In this document: piece by piece, positions 10,690 to 19,819 of the stretch
Position numbering within the stretch: position 1 is the first letter of the stretch
Layout: each line of letters starts with the position of its first letter
Assembly: GCA_963762145.1 (NCBI GenBank)
Contig: CAVXJS010000011.1
Span: 224,001 to 288,000, forward strand
Source of the DNA: an uncultured Candidatus Rokubacteria bacterium
GTDB taxonomy: Bacteria > Methylomirabilota > Methylomirabilia > Rokubacteriales > CSP1-6
Direction: 5' to 3'
DNA: 64,000 nucleotides
Notes under the pieces: generated by a model
The model's input: the letters and a program-made list of their open reading frames with translations, nothing else
Told to the model about the DNA's origin: nothing
Databases searched by the model: none
Position numbers and translations under genes: made by a program

Positions 10690-11799
10690 CTAGGCGAGGC
10701 CGATCGCCCTCGCGACGGTGTCCAGGTGCAGGCCTGAATCGCCCGCGTCGAGGCCGGCCGCGAGGATGCGCTTGTGGAAGAGATGGAGCGGGTGCTCCTC
10801 GGAATAGCCGATGGCCCCCATGATCTGATGGCCGCGGCGGGCCACCCGCAGGCAGGCCTCGCCGCTGTACGCTTTGGAGGCGGCGATCGCAGCCTCCGCG
10901 TCGGGCCGACCGGATTCGAGCTTCCACGCGGCTTCCCACATGAGCCAGCGCGCGCTCTCGACGTCCCGGAAGAGGTCGGCGCAGGCGTGCTGGACGGCCT
11001 GGTAGCCGCCGATGGGCCGGCCGCCCTGCACGCGCACGCGCGCGTGCTCCACGCAGAGCTCGAGCACGCGCTGGGCCGCGCCGGCCATCTCGGCGCTGCG
11101 GGCGAGCGCGCCGATGCCGAACGCCGGGGCGGCCAGCGCCCAGCCGTCGCCGGGCGCGCCGAGCAGATCGTCCGGACGGGTCTCCACGTCGGCGAGCTCG
11201 AGCTCGAAGAGCTTGTCGCCGGTCATGCTGTCGAGCGGGCGAGTGGCGATGCCGGGGCGGTCCATCGGAAGCAGGAGCGCGGTGGGCCCGGCGGGCGATC
11301 GTCCGAGCACGATCACGTCGGTCGCCACGTGCGCGTCCGAGACGAAGAGCTTGCGCCCGGTCAGGCGGCCCGGAGCGGCCACCGGAAGGGCCAGCGCGTC
11401 GGGGTCGAGACGGCCCGATTCCTCGAGCACGGCGAGCGCGCAGATTCGCTCGCCCAGGGCCAGCGAGGGCAGCAGCGCCTGGGCCCGCCGCCCACCGGCG
11501 GTGATCAGGATGGTGGTGGCGACCATGGCGCTCCCGATGAACGGGCTCGGGAAGCAGGCGCGGCCCAGCTCCTCGACGAGGGCCAGCGCGTCGCCGACGG
11601 AGCCGTCGCTGCCGCCCAGCTCGGTGGGGACCAGGAGGCCCGGCCAGCCGAGCGTGGCGATCTCCTTCCAGAGGTCGGCCGCGAAGCCGCGCGGGTCGAG
11701 CGCCAGCTCCTGGACGCGCTCGGGCGGGCAGCGCTGCTGGAGGAGCGCGCGCGCCGACTGCTGCAGGAGCTGCTGCGATGGCGAGAACGAGAGGTCCAT
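10690..11799 (-). CDS. Acyl-CoA dehydrogenase family protein (probable partner/beta-type subunit)
   Basis: MDLSFSPSQQ..LGWPGLLVP.ELGG...RVQGGRPIGGYQAVQH...GAIGYSEEH. Confidence 0.9.
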   Translation of the reverse strand: MDLSFSPSQQLLQQSARALLQQRCPPERVQELALDPRGFAADLWKEIATLGWPGLLVPTELGGSDGSVGDALALVEELGRACFPSPFIGSAMVATTILITAGGRRAQALLPSLALGERICALAVLEESGRLDPDALALPVAAPGRLTGRKLFVSDAHVATDVIVLGRSPAGPTALLLPMDRPGIATRPLDSMTGDKLFELELADVETRPDDLLGAPGDGWALAAPAFGIGALARSAEMAGAAQRVLELCVEHARVRVQGGRPIGGYQAVQHACADLFRDVESARWLMWEAAWKLESGRPDAEAAIAASKAYSGEACLRVARRGHQIMGAIGYSEEHPLHLFHKRILAAGLDAGDSGLHLDTVARAIGLA

Positions 11800-11804
11800 T
11801 TTAT

Positions 11805-11863
11805 CTGGGGGGGAGCGACCGCCGCTCCTCCCCCAGGCCCCCCCACCGGTTTGGTTGCAGCAG
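11805..11863. repeat. Intergenic GC hairpin element, family B copy 1
   Basis: CTGGGGGGGAGCG-ACCGC-CGCTCCTCCCCCAG followed by GCCCCCCCA..TTTGGTTGC. Resembles 16916-16990. Confidence 0.55.
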
Positions 11864-11882
11864 ATATCGATCTGGCATTGGA

Positions 11883-13062
11883 TTATCCGCGGGCCCTTGG
11901 CTCGGCGGGCAGGCCGAGGGCGCGCACCGCGATGGTGGTGCGCTGGATCTCGGAGGTCCCGCCCGCGAGGGTGTGACCCCAGCTCGTCTGGTACTGGTGC
12001 TCGATCTCGCCGCGGAGCCGGGCCCAGCGGGAGCCGGCGCGGAGCACGCCGTACGGGCCGAGCAGCTCCATGCCCATCGAGAGCACGCGCTGCCCCAGCT
12101 CGTCGGCCAGGACCTTCGCGGCGGAGACCGGGCCGGTCGCGGGCAGGTCCCGCTCGATGAGCCAGGCCGCGCGGAGGAAGAGCGCGCGGAGCGCCGCGAT
12201 CTCGCTGGCCGCCTGGGCGAGTCGTCGGCGCGCGACCGCGTCGCCGGGCATGGCCGCGTTCACGTAGTCGACGAGCAGGCCCACGATGCGACGGAGGAAC
12301 GGGGCCTTGTAGAAGCGCCCCCAGAATCGGTCGGTGTCGAGGCCCTTCAGGAGCTGGTTGAAGCCCTCGCCGGGCTTGCCCAGCACCCAGTCGCGCGGCA
12401 CGCGCACGCCGTCCATGAAGATCTCGTAGTGATAGACCTGGCCGGTCAGGCTGCGGATCGGACGCACGTCCATGCCGGACAGCCGGTTGTCCACCATCAA
12501 CATGGTGAGGCCGCGGTTGCGGGTGGACGCGGGATCGGTGCGGGCGAGCACCGTGCCGTAGGTCGCGATGCCCGCGTGGCTCGACCAGATCTTGCGGCCG
12601 TCGAGCACCCAGTGATCGCCCTCGAGGCGGGCGTGGGTCTTGAGCGCGAGCAGGTCCGAGCCCGCGTCCGGGCTCGCTGTAGCCCTGCCAGAACGTGGCC
12701 TCGCCGCGCGCGACGAGCGGCAGGATCTCGCGCTGAAGGGTCTCGGAGCCGTTGCGAATGATCGAGTCGGAGACCTGCAGGCAGCCCGAGAGCGGGCCGA
12801 AGGGCGCGCCGGCGGCGGCCAGCTCCTCGAGAAGGATCAGCAGATAGCTCATGGGCCGCGCCAGGCCGCCGTGCTCGCGCGGCCAGCCGAGGCTGAGCCA
12901 GCCCCGCTCGCCGAGCGCGCGCGTGAAGGCTCTGGAGTGGCCGCCGGAGCCGTAGCCGGCGTCGGTGCCGTCCTCGGGGAACGTCTCGGGCGGGTGCGCG
13001 CGGAGAAACGCCCGCACCTCGTCGGCGAAGGCCTGCTCGGGGCCGGAGAGCCCGAAGTCCAT
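11883..13062 (-). CDS. Acyl-CoA dehydrogenase (frameshift near 12670)
   Basis: MDFGLSGPEQAF...WQGYSEP, then ORF 11883..12608 with GRKIWSS...AGGTSEIQR. Confidence 0.88.
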
Positions 13063-13082
13063 GGCCGGAGCCTGCGCCGGGC

Positions 13083-14141
13083 CTACCGCCGCCGCGCCAG
13101 CTCCGCGAAGGGCCCCGAGATCCGCACGATCTGGTTGAGCTGGAAGACGCCGGTGCGGATGACCGAGACGAACAGGTCGCCGGCCAGGCCGGCCGCGCGC
13201 GTCTCGGGCGTATCGGGCACGAAGGCGAGCCCTCGCGGCGCGTCGCCCTCGGTGAATCGCGCGAGGGGCAGGCGGTTGCCGTCGGCGGTGACGCCGAAGA
13301 TCTCGTTGGCCTGCCGGTCGGTCACGAAGACGGAGCCGCCCGGGCCGGGGCTCAGGCCCTGCGACACCGGGCCCTCCACCATGAGCCGCCGCTCGCCGCC
13401 CGGCGCCACGCGCCAGATCTCGCCGGGGCCGCCCTGCCACGGGGCCTCCGCGCTGCCGTCGCCGCCGACCCACAGATGGTCGCGGTCGTCGACGGTGAGC
13501 GTGCGCGGGCGAAGGACGCGCACGTAGCTCGGGTCCAGCACGCGTCCGGTCGGATCGAGCCGCACGACCACGCCGCGATCGCGGTCGGCCACGTAGACGT
13601 TGCCCGCCGAGTCCACCGCCGAGCCCTCCGGCTGGACCAGGGTCGGCGGCGTGCCGGCGTCCGGCGTGCCGCCCGCGAAGAACACGATGCGGCCGTCGAT
13701 CAGGCGGTACAGCACGCCCACGCGGCGATCGCGGTCGAACGTGGTGACGAAGAGCTCGCGTCCGCCCCGGCCGGCGCTCACCTGCGCGTTGTTCAGCGGC
13801 GGGCCGTGGAAGAAGCGCGACTCGGTCGCGACGGTGACCTGGGCGCCGCCCGGCTTGATCCGGTACATGGAGGTCAGGTAGTCGAACTCCCCGCCGCTGT
13901 ACCGCCGGCCGCTCCGCGCGAGATAGAGCGCGCCGGCGTGGTCCACCGCCAGGGTCGGGGTCGTGGGGATCCCGCGCCCGCGGAACTCGGTGGAGCCGCC
14001 GAAGCCGTCCCCGGTGACGTAGAGCCGCGCGGTGAAGCCGGCGGGCAGGACGATCTCGGCCCGCGCCGCGATGGGAACCAGGAGGAGCACCGCGAGGGTC
14101 AGCACCGCCGCCAGCAGCCGCCGGGCCGGATTCACGATCAT
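13083..14141 (-). CDS. Secreted NHL/SMP-30-like beta-propeller protein
   Basis: Signal peptide (ARA/EIVLPAGF) and PEGSAVDSAGNVYVADR, PRTLTVD, PRGLAF repeats. Confidence 0.7.
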   Translation of the reverse strand: MIVNPARRLLAAVLTLAVLLLVPIAARAEIVLPAGFTARLYVTGDGFGGSTEFRGRGIPTTPTLAVDHAGALYLARSGRRYSGGEFDYLTSMYRIKPGGAQVTVATESRFFHGPPLNNAQVSAGRGGRELFVTTFDRDRRVGVLYRLIDGRIVFFAGGTPDAGTPPTLVQPEGSAVDSAGNVYVADRDRGVVVRLDPTGRVLDPSYVRVLRPRTLTVDDRDHLWVGGDGSAEAPWQGGPGEIWRVAPGGERRLMVEGPVSQGLSPGPGGSVFVTDRQANEIFGVTADGNRLPLARFTEGDAPRGLAFVPDTPETRAAGLAGDLFVSVIRTGVFQLNQIVRISGPFAELARRR

Positions 14142-14264
14142 CGAGCCCGCATGATAGCGTCTCGCGTGCTTCCGCTTCAACCGCCCGGGAGAGATCTTGT
14201 CCTTGCCCCCGGTGGTCGGATGGCCGATACTCCGGGTCACCAAACCTCCGGGGAGGGACGACCC

Positions 14265-14714
14265 ATGGCCCGCTTGACGATCAACGGCCGCTCGATCGAG
14301 GTCAACGTCAACCCCAACACGCCGCTCCTGTGGGCCATCCGGGAGCAGGCCGGGCTCACCGGCACCAAGTACGGCTGCGGGATCGCCCAGTGCGGGGCCT
14401 GCACCGTGCACGTGGACGGCGTCGCGATCCGCTCCTGCGTGATGCCGGTCGCCGCCGTCGTGGGCAAGAAGATCACAACCATCGAGGGCCTGGCCAGCGG
14501 GTCCTCCCTGCACAAGGTGCAGAAGGCCTGGCTCGACCACGAGGTGCCGCAGTGCGGCTACTGCCAGGCCGGCATGATCATGGCGGTGGCGGCGCTGCTG
14601 AGTGACACCCCCAAGCCGACCGACGCCGATATCGACGCGAAGATCACCAACATCTGTCGCTGCGGCACGTTCCAGCAGGTTCGCGAGGCCATTCACACCG
14701 CGGCCAAGGCCTGA
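14265..14714 (+). CDS. (2Fe-2S)-binding subunit of a xanthine dehydrogenase-family molybdoenzyme (IorA/CoxS-like)
   Basis: GTKYGCGIAQCGACTVH, QCGYCQAG and NICRCGT. RBS GGGAGGG. Confidence 0.93.
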   Translation: MARLTINGRSIEVNVNPNTPLLWAIREQAGLTGTKYGCGIAQCGACTVHVDGVAIRSCVMPVAAVVGKKITTIEGLASGSSLHKVQKAWLDHEVPQCGYCQAGMIMAVAALLSDTPKPTDADIDAKITNICRCGTFQQVREAIHTAAKA

Positions 14715-14727
14715 GGGGGTGGATGCC

Positions 14728-16908
14728 ATGATCACCGGAACCGGCAAGATCAATCGCCGCTCCTTCGTCGTCGGCAGCGTCGCGGTCGGCGCGGGTCTCG
14801 CGCTCGGCCTGAAGATCCCGTTCGGCACGGAGATCGTCCGCGCGCAGGACGGCTCGCCCGAGGTCACCGCCTGGGTGGTCATCCGTCCGGACGACACCGT
14901 CGTGATCCGGATCGCGCGCTCGGAGATGGGACAGGGCACCCTCACCGGTCTCGCCCAGATGGTCGCCGAGGAGCTCGAGTGCGACTGGTCGAAGGTGCAG
15001 ACCGAGTACCCGACGCCGGGCCAGAGCGTCAAGCGCAAGCGCGCGTGGGGTGACTTCTCCACCGGCGGCAGCCGCGGCATTCGCGATTCGCATCAGTACG
15101 TGCGCGAGGGGGGCGCCACCGCGCGGACCATGCTGGTCCAGGCCGCGGCCGACGGCTGGAAGGTACCCGCCTCCGAGTGCAGCGCCGCCAACAGCGTGAT
15201 CACGCACACGCCCTCCGGGCGGACCACCACCTACGGCAAGGTGGCCGAAGCCGCCGCCAAGGTCACCCCGCCCGCGAAGGTGGCCCTCAAGGACCCGAAG
15301 GACTGGAAGCTGATCGGCAAGTCGGTGAAGCGCCTGGACACGATGGCCAAGCTGACCGGCGCCCAGGTCTACGGGGCCGACCTCAAGCTGCCCGGGATGC
15401 TCAGCGCCGCGATCAAGGACTGCCCGGTCTTCGGCGGCAAGGTGAAGAGCTTCGAGGCGACCAAGGTCAAGGGCATGCCGGGGGTCCGGCACGTGCTCCC
15501 GGTCGGGGAATCCGCGGTCGCGGTGGTGGCCGACACCTGGTGGGAGGCCAAGACCGCGCTCGACGCGCTGCCCATCGTGTGGAACGAGGGCCCGAACGCC
15601 AAGGTGTCGAGCGCGACGATCGCCGAGATGCTGAAGGCCGGCCTCGACGCCGATCAGGCCTTCGTCGCCAACCAGAACGGCGACGTCAAGGCGGCGATCG
15701 GCGCCGCGGCCAAGAAGGTCGAGGCGGTCTACGCCTATCCGTTCCAGAACCACGCGCCGATGGAGCCGATGAACGCGACGGCGCGCTACACCGCGGATCG
15801 TTGCGAGGTCTGGGTGCCGACGCAGAACGGCGAGGCCGCGTTCGCGGCGACGCTGGCCGCGTCCGGGCTTCCGGCCGACAAGTGCGAGGTCTACAAGATC
15901 AACCTGGGCGGCGGGTTCGGCCGGCGCGGGGCCTTCCACGATTACGTCACCCAGGCCGTCCTGATCGCCAAGCAGATACCCGGCACGCCGGTGAAGCTCC
16001 TGTGGACGCGGGAGGAGGACATGCTGCACGGCCGGTATCACCCGGTCATGCAGTGCAAGCTGGTGGGCTCGTTCGACGCGGCCAACAACCTGACCGGCCT
16101 GCACATGCGCCTGTCGGGGCAGTCCATCCTGAGCGACGTGCGGCCGGAGGCCCTGCAGGCGGGCAAGGACCCCCTGGTGTTCCAGGGCCTGAACCCGAGC
16201 GGGGACTTCGGCATCGGCTACAGCGTGCCGAATCTCCTGATCGACCATGCCATGCGCAACACGCACGTCCCGCCCGGCTTCTGGCGCGGGGTGAACATCA
16301 ACCAGAACGCGATCTTCCTCGAGTGCTTCCTGGACGAGCTGGCTCACGCCGCCGGTCAGGATCCGCTCGAGTTCCGGCGCAAGCTGATGAGCAAGCACCC
16401 CAAGCACCTCGCGGTGCTGAACGCGGTGGCCGACCGCGCGGGCTGGGGCAAGCCGGCGCCGCAGGGCGTGCACCGCGGGCTGGCCCAGATGATGTCGTTC
16501 GGCAGCTACGTGGCCGCGTGCGCGGAGGTCTCGGTCAAGGACGGCAACAAGGTGAAGGTCCACCGCATCGTGGCCGCCACCGATTGCGGGTACGCGGTCA
16601 ACCCGGCGCAGATCGAGCGGCAGATCGCGGGCTCGTTCGTCTACGGATTGTCCGGCCTGTTCATGGAGGAGTGCACGGTCAAGGACGGCCACATCGAGCA
16701 GACGAACTTCCACGAGTACGACTCCATGCGGATCGCGCAGATGCCGAAGGTCGAGGCGATCGTCATGCCGTCCGGCGGCTTCTGGGGCGGAGTCGGCGAG
16801 CCCACGATCTGCGTGGCGGCGCCCGCGGTGCTGAACGCGTTCTTCGCCGCCACCGGCAAGCGTCTGCGCACGGTGCCGCTGAAGCACCACGGCGTCACGC
16901 TGGTGTAA
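14728..16908 (+). CDS. Molybdopterin-binding subunit, isoquinoline 1-oxidoreductase beta (IorB)-like, Tat-exported
   Basis: INRRSFV Tat motif, RSEMGQG, STGGS, HAPMEP, LGGGFGRR and GGVGEP. Confidence 0.92.
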   Translation: MITGTGKINRRSFVVGSVAVGAGLALGLKIPFGTEIVRAQDGSPEVTAWVVIRPDDTVVIRIARSEMGQGTLTGLAQMVAEELECDWSKVQTEYPTPGQSVKRKRAWGDFSTGGSRGIRDSHQYVREGGATARTMLVQAAADGWKVPASECSAANSVITHTPSGRTTTYGKVAEAAAKVTPPAKVALKDPKDWKLIGKSVKRLDTMAKLTGAQVYGADLKLPGMLSAAIKDCPVFGGKVKSFEATKVKGMPGVRHVLPVGESAVAVVADTWWEAKTALDALPIVWNEGPNAKVSSATIAEMLKAGLDADQAFVANQNGDVKAAIGAAAKKVEAVYAYPFQNHAPMEPMNATARYTADRCEVWVPTQNGEAAFAATLAASGLPADKCEVYKINLGGGFGRRGAFHDYVTQAVLIAKQIPGTPVKLLWTREEDMLHGRYHPVMQCKLVGSFDAANNLTGLHMRLSGQSILSDVRPEALQAGKDPLVFQGLNPSGDFGIGYSVPNLLIDHAMRNTHVPPGFWRGVNINQNAIFLECFLDELAHAAGQDPLEFRRKLMSKHPKHLAVLNAVADRAGWGKPAPQGVHRGLAQMMSFGSYVAACAEVSVKDGNKVKVHRIVAATDCGYAVNPAQIERQIAGSFVYGLSGLFMEECTVKDGHIEQTNFHEYDSMRIAQMPKVEAIVMPSGGFWGGVGEPTICVAAPAVLNAFFAATGKRLRTVPLKHHGVTLV

Positions 16909-16915
16909 GCGACCT

Positions 16916-16990
16916 TCGAGGGGGGCCTCGACGGCCCCCCTCGAGGCTCCCCCCAGGATTCGGTTGCGCCGGCAAAGCCGGCGCTCGAAC
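16916..16990. repeat. Intergenic double-hairpin element, family B copy 2
   Basis: Perfect 12-bp stem TCGAGGGGGGCC-TCGAC-GGCCCCCCTCGA, then GCTCCCCCCAGGATTCGGTT, then GCGCCGGC-AAA-GCCGGCGC. Confidence 0.7.
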
Positions 16991-17001
16991 TAGAGTATTC
17001 G

Positions 17002-17325
17002 TTGGGCATGGGGCGAATCTCCGACCGGTCGGTGTCGAAGCGTTTGGTCACGGTGATCGCCGCCGTCGCGGGCGCCGCCGCCGCGGTGGTGGCGTCGGCG
17101 GAGCCTCCGGCCGGGGCCGTATCGTGCTCCGGTTGCCATCCCGCGTCTTCACGGATGACGTCGCCCGTGCCTCGGCTCGCGGGGGTCGATCGGGCCGCGA
17201 TCGTCCGGGCCATGCAAGAGTTCCGGTCGGGGCAGCGTCCCGCCACCGTGATGGACCGGATCGCCAAGGGCTTCACGGACGACGAGATCCAGGCCCTCGC
17301 GGCCTGGTTCGCCGCGCAGAAGTGA
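17002..17325 (+). CDS. Monoheme cytochrome c (FccA/SoxE-like subunit), start uncertain
   Basis: CSGCH, PRLAG and ATVMDRIAKG, with a signal-like segment. Confidence 0.85.
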   Translation: MGMGRISDRSVSKRLVTVIAAVAGAAAAVVASAEPPAGAVSCSGCHPASSRMTSPVPRLAGVDRAAIVRAMQEFRSGQRPATVMDRIAKGFTDDEIQALAAWFAAQK

Positions 17326-18596
17326 AGGCGACCCGCCGCGCGCTCCTCGGGCTCGGCCTGGCGGCCACCGCCTCGGCCGCGTTCCGCCCGGTCCGGACGC
17401 TCGCGCAGGGTGCCGCCCCGCGCGTGGTCGTGGTGGGCGGCGGGTTCGCCGGCGCGAGCTGCGCCCGCGCGCTGCGCCAGGCCGCGCCGCGGGTCGCGGT
17501 GACGCTGGTCGAGGCGAACCCGACGTTCACCGCCTGCCCGTTCAGCAACGCGGTCATCGGCGGCCTGCGGGAGCTGGGCGCGCAGCGGTTCACCTACGAG
17601 CGCGTCGCCGCCGACGGCATCACGATGGCGCGCGCGCTCGCGACCGGAGTGGACGCGCACGCGCGAGCGGTCACGCTCGCGGACGGCGCGCGCCTGCCCT
17701 ACGACCGGCTGGTCCTGGCCCCGGGCATCGACATGCGCTGGGGCGCGCTGCCCGGCTACGACGAGGCCGCGTCGGCCCAGATGCCGCATGCCTGGCGGGC
17801 GGGCGAGCAGACCGCGCTGCTGCGCCGGCAGCTCGAGGCGATGGACGACGGCGGCCTCGTGGTGATCTCCGCGCCCGCCAATCCGTTCCGCTGCCCGCCC
17901 GGCCCCTACGAGCGGGCCAGCCTGATCGCGCACTACCTCAAGACGAGGAAGCCGCGGTCCAAGCTGATCATTCTCGACGCCAAGGACGCGTTCTCCAAGC
18001 AGCGCCTGTTCCAGGCCGCGTGGGCCCAGCTGTATCCGGGCCTGCTCGAGTGGGTGCCGCTGTCCAAGGGCGGCAACGTCACGTCGGTCGACGCGGCGAC
18101 CCGCACGCTGGTGACCGATTTCGGCCGGCACCAGGCCAAGGTGGCCAATGTCATCCCGCCGCAGAAGGCGGGCCGTATCGCCGAGGTGGCCGGCGTCGCC
18201 GACCGCACCGGCTGGTGCCCGATCGATCCGGTGACGTTCGAGTCGAAGCTGCAGGCCGGCATTCACGTCATCGGCGACGCGGCGATCGCGGGGGCGATGC
18301 CGAAGTCGGCCTTCGCCGCGAACGCGCAGGCCAAGACGTGCGCCGCCGCGGTCGCGCAGCTCCTCGCCGGCGCGATCCCGCCCCCTCCCAAGCTGATCAA
18401 CACGTGCTACAGCCTGGTCGCCCCCGACTACGGGATCTCGGTGGCCGGGGTCTACCAGCCGTCCGGCGGGCAGCTCGTGGAGATCCCCGGCTCCGGGGGC
18501 GTGAGCCCCGCCGACGCGCCGCAGGCGACGCGCGCCGCGGAGGCCGTGTTCGCGGAGGCGTGGTTCCGCACGATCACCGGTGAGGTATTCGGGTGA
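17322..18596 (+). CDS. fccB: Flavocytochrome c sulfide dehydrogenase flavoprotein subunit (FccB/SoxF)
   Basis: Tat-like TRRALL, VVVGGGFAG, ACPFSN, NPFRCPPGPYERAS, MPKSAF and NTCYS. GTG overlaps the cytochrome stop. Confidence 0.9.
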   Translation: MKATRRALLGLGLAATASAAFRPVRTLAQGAAPRVVVVGGGFAGASCARALRQAAPRVAVTLVEANPTFTACPFSNAVIGGLRELGAQRFTYERVAADGITMARALATGVDAHARAVTLADGARLPYDRLVLAPGIDMRWGALPGYDEAASAQMPHAWRAGEQTALLRRQLEAMDDGGLVVISAPANPFRCPPGPYERASLIAHYLKTRKPRSKLIILDAKDAFSKQRLFQAAWAQLYPGLLEWVPLSKGGNVTSVDAATRTLVTDFGRHQAKVANVIPPQKAGRIAEVAGVADRTGWCPIDPVTFESKLQAGIHVIGDAAIAGAMPKSAFAANAQAKTCAAAVAQLLAGAIPPPPKLINTCYSLVAPDYGISVAGVYQPSGGQLVEIPGSGGVSPADAPQATRAAEAVFAEAWFRTITGEVFG

Positions 18597-19018
18597 GCCG
18601 CCGCGCCGGATGGCTTGTCGTGGTCGGCGCGGTCGGCTGGCTGGCGGGGGCGGCGCACGGCGACGACGGCCTCCCGCAGTCGCTCACCGGAGTTCCGGGC
18701 GATCCTGCGCGGGGCCGCGCGGTCGTCGCCAGCCGTCAGGTCGGCCTGTGCCTGCTGTGCCACAGCGGCCCGTTTCCGGAGGAGCGGTTCCAGGGCAACC
18801 TGGCGCCCGACCTCACCGGGGCGGGGAAGCGCTGGTCGGAGGCCCAGCTCCGCCTCCGGATCGTGGATTCGAGCCGGGTCAATCCCGCCACGATCATGCC
18901 GGCGTATCATGTGACCAGCGGACTGGTGCGGGTGGCGCCGGCCTGGCGGGGCAAGCCCGTCCTGAGCGCCCAGCAGATCGAGGACGTGGTGGCCTTCTTG
19001 ATGACGCTGAGGGACTGA
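18593..19018 (+). CDS. soxX: Sulfur oxidation c-type cytochrome SoxX
   Basis: GDPARGR, CLLCH, GNLAPDL, NPATIMP and QIEDVVAFL. Confidence 0.88.
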   Translation: MSRRAGWLVVVGAVGWLAGAAHGDDGLPQSLTGVPGDPARGRAVVASRQVGLCLLCHSGPFPEERFQGNLAPDLTGAGKRWSEAQLRLRIVDSSRVNPATIMPAYHVTSGLVRVAPAWRGKPVLSAQQIEDVVAFLMTLRD

Positions 19019-19495
19019 ATGCAACGTGGAGCGTCGCGCCGCGAGTTCTTGCGGGCCGTCGGGGGCGTCGCGGCCGGCCTGGGGCTCGGCTCCATCGTCG
19101 CGGTCCGGCCCGCGCGCGCGACCCCCGCCGAGATGGAGGACGCCATCCGCAAGGTGGTGGGCTCCGCCCCGGTCACCCCCGGCCGGGTCAAGCTCGACCT
19201 GCCGCCCCTCATCGAGAACGGCAACGCGGTGCCGCTCACGGTCGACGTGACGAGCCCGATGACCGGCGCCGACCACGTGCGGGTCATCCACGTCTTCACG
19301 CAGAAGAACCCGCAGCCCAACGTGGCGAGCTTCCATCTGGGGCCGCGCGCGGGCCGGGCGCGGGTGGCGACCCGGGTCCGGCTCGCGGACTCCCAGAGCG
19401 TGGTGGCGATCTGCGAGCTGAGCGATGGGTCCTTCTGGTCGGACAGCGCGGATATCGTGGTGACGCTCGCGGCGTGCCTCGAGGACGGGATCTAG
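19019..19495 (+). CDS. soxY: SoxY-like sulfur carrier with atypical C-terminus
   Basis: SRREFL Tat motif, ENGNAVP, KNPQP and TRVRLA. Ends VVTLAACLEDGI rather than VTIGGCGG. Confidence 0.82.
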   Translation: MQRGASRREFLRAVGGVAAGLGLGSIVAVRPARATPAEMEDAIRKVVGSAPVTPGRVKLDLPPLIENGNAVPLTVDVTSPMTGADHVRVIHVFTQKNPQPNVASFHLGPRAGRARVATRVRLADSQSVVAICELSDGSFWSDSADIVVTLAACLEDGI

Positions 19496-19497
19496 CC

Positions 19498-19819
19498 GTG
19501 GCGAGCGCCCTGATCAACGTGCCCCCGCGGGCCAAGCGCGGCGAGATCATCGAGATCAAGACCCTGATCTCGCACACGATGGAGACGGGGTTCCGCCGGA
19601 CCCAGCTCGGGGCGGCTGATCCCGCGCGACATCATCCGGCGGTTCGCGTGCACCTACAACGGCACCGAGGTCTTTCGCGCCGAGCTCCACCCCGCGATGT
19701 CCGCCAATCCCTTCATCGTGTTCTCGACCATCGCCGTCGAGAGCGGCACCCTCGAGTTCCAGTGGACCGGCGACAACGGCTTCTCGGTGACGCAGTCGGC
19801 CGCGATCCTTGTCGAGTAG
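19498..19819 (+). CDS. soxZ: SoxZ (one-base frameshift near 19615)
   Basis: EIKTLISHTMETGFRR, then in another frame IPRDII...SANPF.VFS...GTLEFQWTGDNG...ILVE*. Confidence 0.85.

Noticed and set aside
10690-13473. Apparent 927-aa double acyl-CoA dehydrogenase fusion
   Set aside because: It results from a frameshift near 12670 plus an open off-frame. Two separate ACAD genes with their own starts explain it.
15177-18596. 1139-aa ORF suggesting an IorB-FccB fusion
   Set aside because: The first ~715 codons are an alternative frame over iorB. The real FccB starts at GTG 17322 with its own Tat signal.
19600-19630. Possible programmed frameshift in soxZ
   Set aside because: There is no slippery heptamer or stimulatory structure. 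A single extra G fits the indel errors seen across the window.
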